This document shows, in pieces, positions 37,802-49,465 of a stretch of 64,000 nucleotides of DNA; positions within the stretch are counted from its first letter, which is position 1; the number at the start of each line of letters is the position of its first letter. The stretch spans positions 15,099 to 79,098 of the forward strand of contig JANPBK010000073.1 in NCBI GenBank assembly GCA_031430395.1, in the 5' to 3' direction. A program made the position numbers and the translations under genes. The notes below the pieces were generated by a model, which did not search any database, had not been told where the DNA came from, and saw only the letters and a list, made by a program, of their open reading frames with translations. This DNA is from Cyclobacteriaceae bacterium (lineage in GTDB: Bacteria > Bacteroidota > Bacteroidia > Cytophagales > Cyclobacteriaceae).

Positions 37802-38853
37802 TTCGATTCATCTATTTCTTCAGCAGCAAGTTCACCAGGCTTATCCTCCAACAAAATCACGAATGGTTTTAATGAAGTTGAATAAGACAATAGAATTTTT
37901 AAAATTCCAACGGCTGGAACTGCTAAAATCATTCCTGCAATCCCCCAAATTTTTCCACCAACCAGTAATGCAACGATCGCTGCTAATGCATTGATACTAA
38001 TTTTTGAGCCAGTAATTTTGGGCGTAATCAAATTGCCTTCTAAAAACTGCACGAAAGCATGCACACCAATGACACCTACCGCATACCACGCGCTATCTTT
38101 TGTTAAGAGTGCAATAATGGTTGGTAACGTAGCACCTATCGTTATCCCTACATAGGGGATCATGGTCAACAGGCCAGATAGAAACCCAAAGAAGATTGCA
38201 TGTTCAATTCCCAACAACAACAAGCCAATGCTATTCATGACAGCTGCAATCAATGTGACTAAAGTCAGCCCTGATATATATCCCCGCACTACGACTTGAA
38301 TTTCGTCTTTCCATTTAAGGTCCGAGTTAGGTATGATGGCCAATAAAAAATCTTTAAATCGATCACGGTACAGGAGAAAAAGAAAAATGTAAATAGGCAC
38401 TTGAACGAATAAATAAGCGAAATAAGAAGTTGAAAGAAGAAGGCTGCCGAAATAAACAGAAAAGTTTTTCAATTCATCCATCGCTATTTGAGTTTGTTCA
38501 GCTGTATTGATTTTAAGTAATTCACTCACCTGCTGACTAAACGTATTCACCAAAATATTGAACCTACCTTCTAAATCAGGCAAACTTGAAGTCAAACTTG
38601 CCAATTGCTCTACTACTAACCAAGAAATCAATACCATCACTAGAAGCACTATTGTTAATACCATTGCTATCGACAAAATACGCCCCATCTTTTTTTCAAA
38701 ACGCTTTACCAATGGCAACAAGACGACTGAAAGTAATGCTGAAAATGCAATCGGCATAGCAATGTCCTTCGTGAGAATAAGTCCTGTTATGACAAGTGCT
38801 ATTACAATCAAAGATTTGTAGATGGTGTCCAGTTTAGTGGTAGTGGAGGTCAT
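37798..38853 (-). CDS. AI-2E family transporter
   Basis: Multi-TM; [38 protein letters not shown]. Confidence 0.88.
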   Translation of the reverse strand: MTSTTTKLDTIYKSLIVIALVITGLILTKDIAMPIAFSALLSVVLLPLVKRFEKKMGRILSIAMVLTIVLLVMVLISWLVVEQLASLTSSLPDLEGRFNILVNTFSQQVSELLKINTAEQTQIAMDELKNFSVYFGSLLLSTSYFAYLFVQVPIYIFLFLLYRDRFKDFLLAIIPNSDLKWKDEIQVVVRGYISGLTLVTLIAAVMNSIGLLLLGIEHAIFFGFLSGLLTMIPYVGITIGATLPTIIALLTKDSAWYAVGVIGVHAFVQFLEGNLITPKITGSKISINALAAIVALLVGGKIWGIAGMILAVPAVGILKILLSYSTSLKPFVILLEDKPGELAAEEIDESN

Positions 38854-38893
38854 AGAGAAGAGGAACGTTTGGAATTAAATCAATAAAGTTTTA

Positions 38894-40078
38894 TTATGAA
38901 TTTTCAATGGCTTTTATAATAATTGCGCAGGCCACTCTGATTTCAGATTCTGTAATGGTGAGCGGGGGTGCGATTCTAAAACTATTGGGATGTGATAGAA
39001 ACCAATAACAAATGACGCCATGCTCTTTGGCATACGCTACAATACGATTTACTCTTTCTACCGTGTCAAAATCAAAGGCGAATAACAACCCAATTCTTCT
39101 TGCTTCTTTTATTTTAGGATGGCGTAACAACTCTTCAATGAGCTTACCTTTTACTTCTACGCCTTCCAATAAATTCTCTTCTTCGATGACTTCTAATACA
39201 GCCAACGCAGAAGCGCAACATACCGGATTACCTCCAAACGTAGTGATATGTCCTAACATTGGGTTTGACGAAAGTGTCTGCATTTTTTCATAGCTCGAAA
39301 TAAATGCACCGATGGGCAATCCTCCACCAAATGCTTTCGCAAGGGTTAAAATATCAGGAACTACATCAAAATGTTCAAAGGCGAAAAGCTTACCGGTACG
39401 GCCCATGCCACATTGTATCTCATCGAAGATCAGCAAAGCTCCCGTTTCGGTACATTTTTTTCTTATCGCTTGCATATACTCTTTACTTGGAATACGCACC
39501 CCTGCATCTCCTTGTATGGGTTCCATAATCACGCAAGCGGTTTGCTCAGTGATGCGCTCTAAATCAGCAATGTTATTGAAGTCAATAAATGTAACATCTG
39601 GAAGAAGCGGGCGAAAAGATCTTTTCTTCAATTCATTACCGGAAACACTTAACGAACCGTGCGTACTGCCATGATAACTCTTGCGGAAGGAAATCATTTC
39701 TGTTCTGCCTGTGACGCGCTTAGCTAATTTCAATGCAGCTTCATTCGCCTCTGTGCCCGAATTAACGAAATAACAACAATCTAAATTTGCTGGAAGAAGG
39801 GCGGTCAATTTCGCTGCTAATAGATTGGAGGGAGATTGGATATACTCTCCATACACCATCACATGCAAATACTTATCTACCTGATCTTTAATTGCTTTTA
39901 CCACTTTTGGATGTCGATGGCCAACATTCGTAACCGCGATACCGGAAATCATATCTATGTATTTCTTGCCGGTTGGGCTATAAAGATAAACACCTTCTGC
40001 CCGCTCAATGGAAATCAAAAATGGATCGGGAGAAGTAGGAGCCAACTTCTTGAAAAATGTATCTTCACTAAAATCCAT
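38894..40078 (-). CDS. Class III PLP-dependent aminotransferase (acetylornithine aminotransferase-like)
   Basis: GHRHP, NSGTEANE, YHGST, MEPIQGDAG, FDEIQCGMGRTG, TLAKAFGGG, TTFGGNP. Confidence 0.9.
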   Translation of the reverse strand: MDFSEDTFFKKLAPTSPDPFLISIERAEGVYLYSPTGKKYIDMISGIAVTNVGHRHPKVVKAIKDQVDKYLHVMVYGEYIQSPSNLLAAKLTALLPANLDCCYFVNSGTEANEAALKLAKRVTGRTEMISFRKSYHGSTHGSLSVSGNELKKRSFRPLLPDVTFIDFNNIADLERITEQTACVIMEPIQGDAGVRIPSKEYMQAIRKKCTETGALLIFDEIQCGMGRTGKLFAFEHFDVVPDILTLAKAFGGGLPIGAFISSYEKMQTLSSNPMLGHITTFGGNPVCCASALAVLEVIEEENLLEGVEVKGKLIEELLRHPKIKEARRIGLLFAFDFDTVERVNRIVAYAKEHGVICYWFLSHPNSFRIAPPLTITESEIRVACAIIIKAIENS

Positions 40079-40119
40079 TGGGTAAATCTACTCTTCAAAT
40101 TGTGAAAAAGTAAATGAAT

Positions 40120-40152
40120 AAAAAAAAGCCCCGATGAAAATTCACCGAGGCT
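40120..40152 (-). terminator. Intrinsic terminator of the 40178..40549 gene
   Basis: Minus strand AGCCTCGGTGAA-tt-TTCATCGGGGCT-TTTTTTT (G:U pairs). Confidence 0.8.
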
Positions 40153-40177
40153 CTACACTAAACACCCTTTCTTTAAA

Positions 40178-40549
40178 TTACTCTCTACTGTCTCCCGTCT
40201 TTCTTTCGTTGATTTGGGCCGTAAGTATTGGTTTACTATTGATGCGAACATACGAAGGAGCATCAACTTCTGCTTGTGGTTTATACTTAGGCTTCGATTT
40301 TAAAAATGAAAACAAAGGCTTTTTAGGCTCTTGTGTTCTCTTTTTGGCCAAAATGGTGCAGACTTTATCGTTATTTTTAATTTGAATTTTGTACTTGCTT
40401 TTAAAATGTTTCGCATTTGATCTATGGTAACTCTGCGCTTGTGTAGCATGCGAAATGACAATACCTGCCAAAATAACGGCTAGCATCACTAAAATTTGGA
40501 TGAGTCTACTTCTTAAATTGATATTCGATAAACCTTTCGCTTCTTCCAT
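40178..40549 (-). CDS. Basic secreted hypothetical protein
   Basis: Hydrophobic segment ending AQA, then a Lys-rich body; followed by a terminator. Confidence 0.6.
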   Translation of the reverse strand: MEEAKGLSNINLRSRLIQILVMLAVILAGIVISHATQAQSYHRSNAKHFKSKYKIQIKNNDKVCTILAKKRTQEPKKPLFSFLKSKPKYKPQAEVDAPSYVRINSKPILTAQINERKTGDSRE

Positions 40550-40713
40550 AATTTGTCTCTTTAGTGATACAAATTTGAGGGTTGCAGGGTAGTTTATTTT
40601 ACAAAAGTAGGTCGAAACCCTACATCAGTAAAGTAAGCTTTGAAATAGCCAGCTGTTACTAATTACGTATAAAATGTGGGTTTTGGATTTAGAAAAAGGG
40701 TAGAATGTCGGAT

Positions 40714-41154
40714 CTACCCTATATTTTGCATTTTTAGAAAATCAATTACTTCCTTTCTTACATCCTCTGGAGATGAGGGATCGAATTCTGTTGTGGCTAT
40801 GGATTTGAATAGATCTCCCACTAAACTGCTTTTAAAGCCTAATCGGGTAGCATACATGGAAGCTAATTCCAGCTCTACATCTTCAACAATTTGATCCAAA
40901 TAGATCATGTGGACCAAATGATAAATGGATTCTAGCTTTTCAACTTCATCAAGTGGAAGTGCGAAAGAAGGGTTATTAAGCCCTTTCCCTAAACCATCCA
41001 ATTCTTCCGGGCTAATGCCCAATTGAATACCCCATTTAATAAGGTACTTAGCATGGGAAGATTTGATTCTTTCTTGCTCAAAAAGTGCTGCCAATAAATT
41101 AAAATAACTCGCTTTAATCTGCTGATTACTTTTCGTTTGATTATTAATACTCAT
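40714..41154 (-). CDS. TerB-like helical hypothetical protein
   Basis: 146 aa; IYHLVHMIYLDQIVEDVELELASMYATRLGF resembles the TerB-like second half. Confidence 0.55.
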   Translation of the reverse strand: MSINNQTKSNQQIKASYFNLLAALFEQERIKSSHAKYLIKWGIQLGISPEELDGLGKGLNNPSFALPLDEVEKLESIYHLVHMIYLDQIVEDVELELASMYATRLGFKSSLVGDLFKSIATTEFDPSSPEDVRKEVIDFLKMQNIG

Positions 41155-41290
41155 AAAGTTTCAATACTTAGACAAAAGCAAGTTAGTTCAAAAAAATGGT
41201 TTTTGACAACATAACCACAAGCCAAGTTGTCGGGTGTACGACTGGAATTGTTAGCGCATTTGTAGACTTTTACACTAAACGAATATTCTC

Positions 41291-42259
41291 ATGAAATATA
41301 AATGGATGGCCGTTGCGCTGCTGGGTTGTTTTTCTTGTATTGGTATTGATACGAAAGACGACACGATTCGAGATCCGGTCATTACAATGCTGGCTTCCGG
41401 CAAGTTGATGACTGTAGATAAAAGTGGAATGGTACAACCTCAAGGATCCATTGGCATCCTTGCCCTTTCCATTGGCCAGAAACAACTTATTACCTTCAAT
41501 TATTTTAATAAATATGGTGTTAAAGAAACACCTCAATTAACCTGGGAAATAGAAAAGCCTACTGTAGCGAGTGTTACCAATAATGAAATAACCGGGCTTA
41601 CTGCGGGCACCACTCAAATCGGTATTTCCGGAAACGGTACATCAGCAAGCATAAGCTTAACAGTCGTTGCAAATTCTACTGCCGTTGCCTCTGTACTCAT
41701 ATCCCCTCCATCTACCACTAATTTGCAATTGAATCAAACCATTCAGCTAGTGGCCACAGCAAAAGATATCAACAATGGAATACTGGTTGGAAAATCATAT
41801 GAGTGGTTCACAGAAAACGCCAGCATCGCTTCTGTCTCTGCCACAGGACTCGTTACTGCTATCGCTGACGGTACGGCTGAAGTACATACCAAAGTGGAGG
41901 GCGTAAAAAGCAATTCCATCATCTTCCAGGTAGGAGCAGCCGGAATAAGAACCGGAACGTTTCAAAGTGCGGGGGGCTACTCTACTGTTGGGTCAGTTAC
42001 CGCAGAGGAAATGGGGGGTAAACTGGTGGTTAAATTAAGCAGTAATTTTCAGGCAAGTGTTGCATTGGGCACTTATATCTATCTCGCCAATACAACTTCC
42101 GGAGGGAACGTGAAATCTGCCGGATTGGAGTTGGGGCCGTGGAGCAGTGGGGCTCGTACATTTGAAGTCCCGGGCATTTCACTCAATCAATATAAATATG
42201 TAGTTGTACTTTGTAAGCCGGCCGGTATCACATTTGGATTTGCAGAATTGAAACCCTAA
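41291..42259 (+). CDS. Lipoprotein with two Ig-like (Big_2) domains and a C-terminal DM13-like domain
   Basis: Lipobox FS-C; W..E..SIASVSATGLVTAIADGTA; C-terminal GTF......GSV...YIYLA...LELG...YKYVVVLCKPAGITFGFAEL. Confidence 0.75.
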   Translation: MKYKWMAVALLGCFSCIGIDTKDDTIRDPVITMLASGKLMTVDKSGMVQPQGSIGILALSIGQKQLITFNYFNKYGVKETPQLTWEIEKPTVASVTNNEITGLTAGTTQIGISGNGTSASISLTVVANSTAVASVLISPPSTTNLQLNQTIQLVATAKDINNGILVGKSYEWFTENASIASVSATGLVTAIADGTAEVHTKVEGVKSNSIIFQVGAAGIRTGTFQSAGGYSTVGSVTAEEMGGKLVVKLSSNFQASVALGTYIYLANTTSGGNVKSAGLELGPWSSGARTFEVPGISLNQYKYVVVLCKPAGITFGFAELKP

Positions 42260-42266
42260 TTTTTTT

Positions 42267-43112
42267 ATGATAAAGCATATCACTCTTAGTTTATTTTTAT
42301 GCGTTGCCCTCAATCAAGCAATTGCCGGAGGCGGCTGGCCACAACCAAAAGGGAAAGGCTACTTTAAATTGTCGCAATCATTCTTAATGTCACCCAGGTA
42401 CTTTGACGGCAACGGAAATATCATTGAACTATCTCCATCCTACGGATATTTTTCGACCAGTTTTTATGGTGAATTTGGATTTACTGACCGACTCACCGGA
42501 ATAATCTATGTGCCGTTTTTTGCGAGGGCCGTTAAAAATGAATTACGATTTAATCAATCCGGAATTGTTGATCCGGGAGCTTCACTCAATTCATTTGGCG
42601 ATACAGATATTGCTATTAAATATGGTCTTATTGTGAATAAGCCGATCGTAGTAAGTGCCACTTTATTATTTGGACTACCCTTAGGCGACAATGGCGCTAC
42701 CAATAGCAGTGCTTTACAAACTGGGGATGGTGAGTTCAATCAAATGCTGCGAATTGATGCGAGTCATTCTTTCTACCCTAAAAAGTTTTATGTTTCAGCA
42801 TATGCAGCCTTCAACAATAGAACAAAGGGTTTTTCTGACGAGGTACGCTTTGGGGCTGAGGTTGGATTAACCTTGAATAAATTCATACCTATTTTTAAAG
42901 TAAGCTCGGTGCATTCACTATTTAATGGCGATGTAGGCATAGTACAAAATAGTATTTTCTCAAATAATACGGAGTTCATTTCACCTTCGCTCGAATTAAA
43001 TTACCAACTGACGGAAAAAATAGGTGTCTCCGGTTCGATTGCCACTGCATTGGCAGCTAGAAATATTTTGGCTTCACCCAACTTTGGGATTGGAGTCTAT
43101 ATGAAGCTTTGA
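42267..43112 (+). CDS. Outer-membrane beta-barrel protein
   Basis: Signal peptide; GGGWPQPKGKGYFKL; YGEFGFTDRLT; LQTGDGEF; alternating strands ending GIGVYMKL; 7 bp after the DM13 gene. Confidence 0.7.
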   Translation: MIKHITLSLFLCVALNQAIAGGGWPQPKGKGYFKLSQSFLMSPRYFDGNGNIIELSPSYGYFSTSFYGEFGFTDRLTGIIYVPFFARAVKNELRFNQSGIVDPGASLNSFGDTDIAIKYGLIVNKPIVVSATLLFGLPLGDNGATNSSALQTGDGEFNQMLRIDASHSFYPKKFYVSAYAAFNNRTKGFSDEVRFGAEVGLTLNKFIPIFKVSSVHSLFNGDVGIVQNSIFSNNTEFISPSLELNYQLTEKIGVSGSIATALAARNILASPNFGIGVYMKL

Positions 43113-43223
43113 AATATTACCAACATCATAAGCAATAGCTATAAACAGATCATAGATCAGCAATGGGTATCAATTCATTGTTGATTTAAATTATTATCTT
43201 TCATTGAACAAATAAAAGATATT

Positions 43224-43592
43224 ATGAAAACGATCGCAACGATTGCTCTACTATTTTGCTTCAACATCAGCCTTGCTCAGATTCTGGTCAATGATGTCGA
43301 TATCAATTCACTGCCGGATCTACGATATATCCAATTATCATATGTAGAGGTGCCTGTTGCGTTCAGTCAAAAGAATGCTAAGGGAACTTTACGAATTGAC
43401 TATGGACAAGATTTTAAAAAAGTAAGAGAACTAATTGTTAAAGATAAGGAAGGGAAAGTGATAGAATTCAATTCGCATATTGATGTATTAAACTTTTTTT
43501 ACAAAAATGGCTGGAGTTTATTCTCCTCCTATACTTTTCCGAGCACAAATAATTATGTGTCGATAAGCACTATTTTGGAAAGGAGACAATAA
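43224..43592 (+). CDS. Small secreted hypothetical protein
   Basis: Signal peptide ending SLA|Q; IDYGQ...KDKEGKVIEFNSHIDVLNFFYKNGW. Confidence 0.7.
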   Translation: MKTIATIALLFCFNISLAQILVNDVDINSLPDLRYIQLSYVEVPVAFSQKNAKGTLRIDYGQDFKKVRELIVKDKEGKVIEFNSHIDVLNFFYKNGWSLFSSYTFPSTNNYVSISTILERRQ

Positions 43593-43659
43593 AAACTTTG
43601 GAGGGCAGGAGGCAATTACAAATTGGAACAATTCGAAATCATACTTGACATCGGACAAT

Positions 43660-43692
43660 AAAAAACCGTTTGACTCTATACGAATCAAACGG
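43660..43692 (-). terminator. Terminator of gap
   Basis: CCGTTTGA/TCAAACGG stem with a 6-T tail on the minus strand. Confidence 0.7.
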
Positions 43693-43712
43693 CCTTTAAA
43701 TACTCTTTAGGT

Positions 43713-44732
<1,020 letters not shown>

Positions 44733-44810
44733 TTAAGTGTCAAAAATATACTTCTGTCAAGCGAAAACCAATGTAATAAGTTCAGGTATAGAACTTTTTT
44801 ATAACCAAGG

Positions 44811-44841
44811 TTTGCAATTCAAGGGTAGGAATCTATCTTTG
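44811..44841 (+). promoter_or_regulatory. Bacteroidota housekeeping promoter for tRNA-Glu
   Basis: TTTG (44811-14), 19 nt, then TATCTTTG (44834-41), matching TTTG/TAnnTTTG. Confidence 0.75.
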
Positions 44842-44860
44842 CGCCTCTTTACAGAAAGAC

Positions 44861-44932
44861 GGTCCGTTCGTCTAGGGGTTAGGACACCAGATTTTCATTC
44901 TGGTAACACGGGTTCGATTCCCGTACGGACTA
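44861..44932 (+). tRNA. tRNA-Glu (anticodon UUC), CCA not encoded
   Basis: GGTCCGT/ACGGACT acceptor stem, CCAGA-TT-TTC-AT-TCTGG anticodon arm, ACGGG-TTCGATT-CCCGT T-arm. Confidence 0.97.
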
Positions 44933-44944
44933 CAATAAATGCTT

Positions 44945-44971
44945 AAAAAGCCTCAATTAGAGGCTTTTTTT
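44945..44971 (+). terminator. Terminator after tRNA-Glu
   Basis: AAAAAGCCTC-aatta-GAGGCTTTTTTT. Confidence 0.85.
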
Positions 44972-45145
44972 GTTTACTGCGTATACTTAACCCGCGCTTG
45001 CTCATTTACAATTCTTAATTTCACACCCTACTCTTAAAGCTGTACTAATTAAATAAAACTCAAAAGAATGGCATAGCCTTGAGACGAAACTATTGAGTGC
45101 TGCTGATAATCTAAGATTTATTTCGAAAAAGAGCTAAATTTATAT

Positions 45146-45199
45146 ACCCAATAAACGTATATAGGAGACTCGGTCTACTATAGACAAGAGCTGGGTGCA
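45146..45199 (+). repeat. Degenerate attC-like hairpin upstream of the AT-rich lipoprotein gene
   Basis: ACCCAAT-5nt-TATATAGG-AGAC/tcg/GTCT-ACTATAG-6nt-GCTGGGT; the ends are each one mismatch from RYYYAAC and GTTRRRY. Confidence 0.35.
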
Positions 45200-45275
45200 A
45201 GTGCATAAAGAGCTAAGCGAGAATTCCGACTAAATGCGCGAAATGATTTAGGTAATGGCATGAAATAAGATTCAC

Positions 45276-46187
45276 ATGAGACTGACTGCATTCTTAATGA
45301 TTACCGGGATTCTGACTGTTTTTTCTTGTAAGGAAAATAATCCCTCTCTGAATCCAAATAAAATATCTCCGAGGAAAGACAATGTATCACCGAACTTGGA
45401 CGAATATCGAATATCTAAAATTTTAAATTTTTCGAATTCAACTTCTACTTCACCGGGAGGTGGACTTGAATATACCTACGACTCCAAAGGAAATTTAATC
45501 AAGGAGATATTAATTGATTATCCAAATAAGCTTTATATGTACAAAGTTTATGAAAACACGAATAACAAGAAATCAAGAGAAGAAGTTTATGACGGAGAAG
45601 TAGGGAATCTTACGTTGGGAGCCTATACAGATTATTTCTACACGAATGACAAACTAACAAAGGAGGAATTTCATTCGACTAAAGGGACATTAAATTACTC
45701 AACGATTTATCAATATGATGGAGATAAATTAATTAACACATACAAAGATGGGGCAGGTCTTGGAATACATCATCAATATAAATATACATTTGACGATAAA
45801 GATAGACTGATATTGGAACAAGTATTTATGTATGACCGTGAATTGAGTGAATTCACGAAATACATTTACGATAACAATGACAGATTAATTAAAACGGAAT
45901 TATATAATCATAACAGCACCTTAACATCTTACGTTAAGAATGTGTACGAAGGAGCGAATGATCTTCCAACGAAAGAATTGCATTACGACAATAATGATTC
46001 ACTGACTTACACCAGAGAGTTGACCTATGATAAATGGGGTAATCTGATCGAAGCTAATTATAATGGAACTTGTACGATATTTAAGAGAAAGTATAACGGT
46101 CGCCTTTTAACTGAAGACATTAAGTTTGCTACAACTAAAGGTTGTGAAGAGTGGACTGTTAGCAGATATGAATATGTTAAGAAGTGA
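45276..46187 (+). CDS. Lipoprotein with YD-like (Y.YD..G/DRL) repeats, visibly AT-rich
   Basis: Lipobox FS-C; YTYDSKGNLIKE, YQYDGDKLI, YTFDDKDRLI, YIYDNNDRLIK, LTYDKWGNLIE. Confidence 0.75.
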   Translation: MRLTAFLMITGILTVFSCKENNPSLNPNKISPRKDNVSPNLDEYRISKILNFSNSTSTSPGGGLEYTYDSKGNLIKEILIDYPNKLYMYKVYENTNNKKSREEVYDGEVGNLTLGAYTDYFYTNDKLTKEEFHSTKGTLNYSTIYQYDGDKLINTYKDGAGLGIHHQYKYTFDDKDRLILEQVFMYDRELSEFTKYIYDNNDRLIKTELYNHNSTLTSYVKNVYEGANDLPTKELHYDNNDSLTYTRELTYDKWGNLIEANYNGTCTIFKRKYNGRLLTEDIKFATTKGCEEWTVSRYEYVKK

Positions 46188-46200
46188 GAGGTAGCACCAG

Positions 46201-46330
46201 TGCCCACCAAATGTTGAAGCAATGGCGCGGTGAAGTATAGGTTATTAGGTTTTGTCTTCGTTCTTCGTTTAGTTTCAGGGAAAGGACGCTGCTTCGAAAG
46301 CGCGCCACAGCAGACAATCGTTATTGGGAA
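46201..46330 (+). repeat. attC-like long imperfect palindrome just after the lipoprotein stop
   Basis: CCCA (46203)/TGGG (46325), TTG/CAA, GC-aa-TGGCGCG (46223)/CGCGCCA (46301)-ca-GC, GAAG/CTTC; GTT at 46320; begins 13 nt after the stop. Confidence 0.45.
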
Positions 46331-46682
46331 TGTGGCCGGCAAAAAATTCAACTAACAGGGTGTTACATTACTAGCAAACATTTCAGCACAGGGACAAACG
46401 ACCGACTTCAAAGACGACTGAGAAAATTTTGAATTGACAGACATATAAAATAGTAGTGGCAGCGGACGGTGTCGACCAACTCGACAACTTTTGGTTCACG
46501 CGCAAAACTTGGACGACTTTACCCAATCGAATTTATTTTATCACTAAGACAATATTTTCCACGCGGTGGAGAAAGAGTATCTCGCGACAGCGTGATTTTA
46601 TTCGATTTGAGAAATGCTATTTAGAAAAATAGAATTAAGAAAAATTCAAGTACCGTAGTGCTATTTGGGGTACCACATACTA

Positions 46683-47453
46683 CTACTCTCCTCCCCCTCC
46701 AGACTGAATTTCATAAGAAGTGAGCATGGCCCCAAAATATTCACGATTCATACGGGCAATGTTTGCGACTTTGATTCCTTTTGGACATTCAGCTTCGCAG
46801 GCATAGGTATTCGTGCAAGACCCAAATCCTTCGGCATCCATTTGTGCCACCATTTTTTCGGCACGCTCCTTCCGCTCAACTTGACCTTGGGGCAACAAAG
46901 CAAACTGTGAAACTTTGGCACTGACAAATAACATAGCCGAGGCATTTTTACAAGCCGCTACACAAGCTCCACAACCAATACAAGAAGCCGCATCAAAAGC
47001 CTCCTCCGCAATTCGCTTGGGGATAAGAATCTCGTTCGCATCAGGAACACCACCTGTGTTCACATTTACAAATCCACCTGATTGTTGAATACGATCAAAA
47101 GCTGTACGATCTACTACTAAATCTTTAAGCACCGGAAACGCTTTTGCACGCCAAGGCTCAACCGTAATTGTTTCTCCATCCTTAAACGAACGCATATGAA
47201 GTTGGCAAGTAGTCGTTTGCAGCGGCCCATGTGGATGGCCGTTAATATATAAACTGCACATGCCACAAATACCTTCCCGACAATCATGATCAAAGGCAAT
47301 GGACTCTTCTCCCTTTTTGATCAGATCTGTATTTAAAACATCGATCATTTCCAAAAAAGACATATCGGGAGATGCATGATCTACCTTGTAGGTCTTAAAG
47401 GCTCCCTTTGAATCCCTATTTTTTTGTCTCCAAACTTTGAGTGTGATCTTCAT
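46683..47453 (-). CDS. sdhB: Succinate dehydrogenase/fumarate reductase iron-sulfur subunit
   Basis: [33 protein letters not shown]. Confidence 0.95.
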   Translation of the reverse strand: MKITLKVWRQKNRDSKGAFKTYKVDHASPDMSFLEMIDVLNTDLIKKGEESIAFDHDCREGICGMCSLYINGHPHGPLQTTTCQLHMRSFKDGETITVEPWRAKAFPVLKDLVVDRTAFDRIQQSGGFVNVNTGGVPDANEILIPKRIAEEAFDAASCIGCGACVAACKNASAMLFVSAKVSQFALLPQGQVERKERAEKMVAQMDAEGFGSCTNTYACEAECPKGIKVANIARMNREYFGAMLTSYEIQSGGGGE

Positions 47454-47503
47454 AGTTAATTTCTTTTGTTAGTTTTTAAAACAATGAATTTTAAACTCAT
47501 TAC

Positions 47504-49426
47504 TTATTTATAGCTACGTTGAGTTAGTTTCACATTCTCAAATCGCAATTCTTCTTTATGCAATTCTTCGGGCTGGTTTTCACCTTTAAACTGCCAAGCT
47601 GAAACAAAAGCAAATTCATCGTCCTTACGCATGGCCTCCCCTTCCGGAGTTTGAGATTCTTCTCTGAAGTGACCTCCGCATGACTCTTCGCGAGCGAGTG
47701 CGTCATCCACCATTAATTCACCTAATTCAATAAAATCAGCAACACGATTTGCTTTCTCTAATTCTTGATTAAGCTCAGAAGTAGTGCCCAGCACATTGAC
47801 GTTCGTCCAAAATTCTTTCTTAATATCTTGAATGATTTGTTTTGCTTTTTTCAAACCTTGCTCGCTGCGGGACATCCCACAATACTCCCACATGGTAAGT
47901 CCCAGATGACGATGAAATTCATCCACAGTTTTCTTGCCTCTAATGTTAACCAGTTTATTCATCCGTTCAGTGGCACTGTCCATCGCTTCTTTGAAAGCAG
48001 GATGATCAGTACCTACTTTATCATTCCACCCAATATTGGCGAGATAGTCTCCAATCGTGTATGGAATCACAAAATAACCATCGGCCAACCCTTGCATCAG
48101 AGCACTCGCTCCTAATCGGTTAGCCCCATGGTCAGAAAAATTAGCTTCACCGAGTGCATAGAGTCCGGGAACATTCGTCATTAAATTATAGTCTACCCAC
48201 AAGCCACCCATGGTATAATGTACAGCGGGGTAAATCATCATGGGTCCTTTGTATGGATTGTCGCCCGTGATTTGAGCATACATATCGAACAGGTTGCCGT
48301 ATTTAGCCCGGATAGTGCTTTCTCCATCGCGCTTAATGGCATCCGTAAAGTCCAGGAATACTGCTAACCCTGATCCAACACCTCTACCCTCATCGCAAAC
48401 AATCTTCGCATTGCGTGAAGCCACATCGCGTGGCACTAAGTTTCCAAAGGAAGGATATTTTCGCTCTAAGAAATAATCACGATCTGCTTCCGGCACCTTC
48501 ATGGCATCTGCTCCTTTTAAACCAGGAATAGCTTTCTTAGGCACCCATACACGGCCGTCATTTCGCAACGACTCTGACATCAGCGTAAGCTTAGATTGAT
48601 GGTCGCCCGAAACAGGAATACAAGTCGGGTGAATCTGTGTGAAGCAAGGATTACCGAACAAAGCTCCCTTCTTGTGCGCACGCCAAGCGGCCGTTACGTT
48701 AGAGCCTTTTGCGTTGGTTGATAAGTAAAATACATTTCCATATCCTCCTGTGCAAAGGAGTACCGCATGGGCACTGTGTGATTCAATTTTTCCGGTTAAT
48801 AAATCCCGTGTAATGATACCGCGTGTCTTTCCGTCAACGATCACCACATCAAGCATTTCTGTGCGGTTATACATTTTAACTTTGCCATTGGCAATTTGAC
48901 GATTCAAGGCGCTATAAGCACCTAATAATAATTGTTGTCCGGTTTGCCCACGTGCATAAAATGTTCTGGAGACTTGCGCTCCTCCAAAAGAACGATTGGC
49001 AAGCATGCCACCGTACTCACGAGCGAAGGGAACACCTTGCGCCACGCATTGGTCAATAATGCTGACACTAGCTTCTGCTAGTCGATGAACATTCCCTTCT
49101 CGTGCCCGATAATCGCCTCCTTTGATAGTATCATAGAACAATCGATAAATACTATCGCCATCATTTTGATAATTCTTTGCGGCATTGATTCCCCCTTGCG
49201 CAGCAATGCTATGTGCCCTGCGAGGACTATCCTGAAAACAAAAAGCTTTCACATTATAACCCAATTCACCGAGAGAGGCTGCTGCTGAGGCGCCTGCCAA
49301 TCCGGTACCCACTACTATCACATCATACTTCCTTTTATTGGAAGGGTTGACCAATTTTAAATTGAACTTATGCTTGGTCCATTTTTCCGCTAAAGGTCCT
49401 TCCGGGATTTTTGAGTCGAGCTTCAT
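47504..49426 (-). CDS. sdhA: Succinate dehydrogenase/fumarate reductase flavoprotein
   Basis: [53 protein letters not shown]. Confidence 0.96.
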   Translation of the reverse strand: MKLDSKIPEGPLAEKWTKHKFNLKLVNPSNKRKYDVIVVGTGLAGASAAASLGELGYNVKAFCFQDSPRRAHSIAAQGGINAAKNYQNDGDSIYRLFYDTIKGGDYRAREGNVHRLAEASVSIIDQCVAQGVPFAREYGGMLANRSFGGAQVSRTFYARGQTGQQLLLGAYSALNRQIANGKVKMYNRTEMLDVVIVDGKTRGIITRDLLTGKIESHSAHAVLLCTGGYGNVFYLSTNAKGSNVTAAWRAHKKGALFGNPCFTQIHPTCIPVSGDHQSKLTLMSESLRNDGRVWVPKKAIPGLKGADAMKVPEADRDYFLERKYPSFGNLVPRDVASRNAKIVCDEGRGVGSGLAVFLDFTDAIKRDGESTIRAKYGNLFDMYAQITGDNPYKGPMMIYPAVHYTMGGLWVDYNLMTNVPGLYALGEANFSDHGANRLGASALMQGLADGYFVIPYTIGDYLANIGWNDKVGTDHPAFKEAMDSATERMNKLVNIRGKKTVDEFHRHLGLTMWEYCGMSRSEQGLKKAKQIIQDIKKEFWTNVNVLGTTSELNQELEKANRVADFIELGELMVDDALAREESCGGHFREESQTPEGEAMRKDDEFAFVSAWQFKGENQPEELHKEELRFENVKLTQRSYK

Positions 49427-49465
49427 TTTATATGATTAATAAATTAGTCAAAAAGGATTAAAATC

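Noticed and set aside
43642-43657. CGGACA/TGTCCGAT half-site resembling the enhancer motif
   Set aside because: Only a half-site, between convergent genes, with no TGGCA box at the matching distance on either strand.
45069-45083. TGGCATAGCCTTGAG sigma54-like box
   Set aside because: There is no enhancer pair 88 bp upstream, the spacing is off by one, and it is about 190 bp from the next ATG.
44861-46700. Prophage/ICE integrated at tRNA-Glu
   Set aside because: I found no duplicated tRNA 3' end (attR) and no integrase or phage gene; core sdhB resumes within 1.8 kb.
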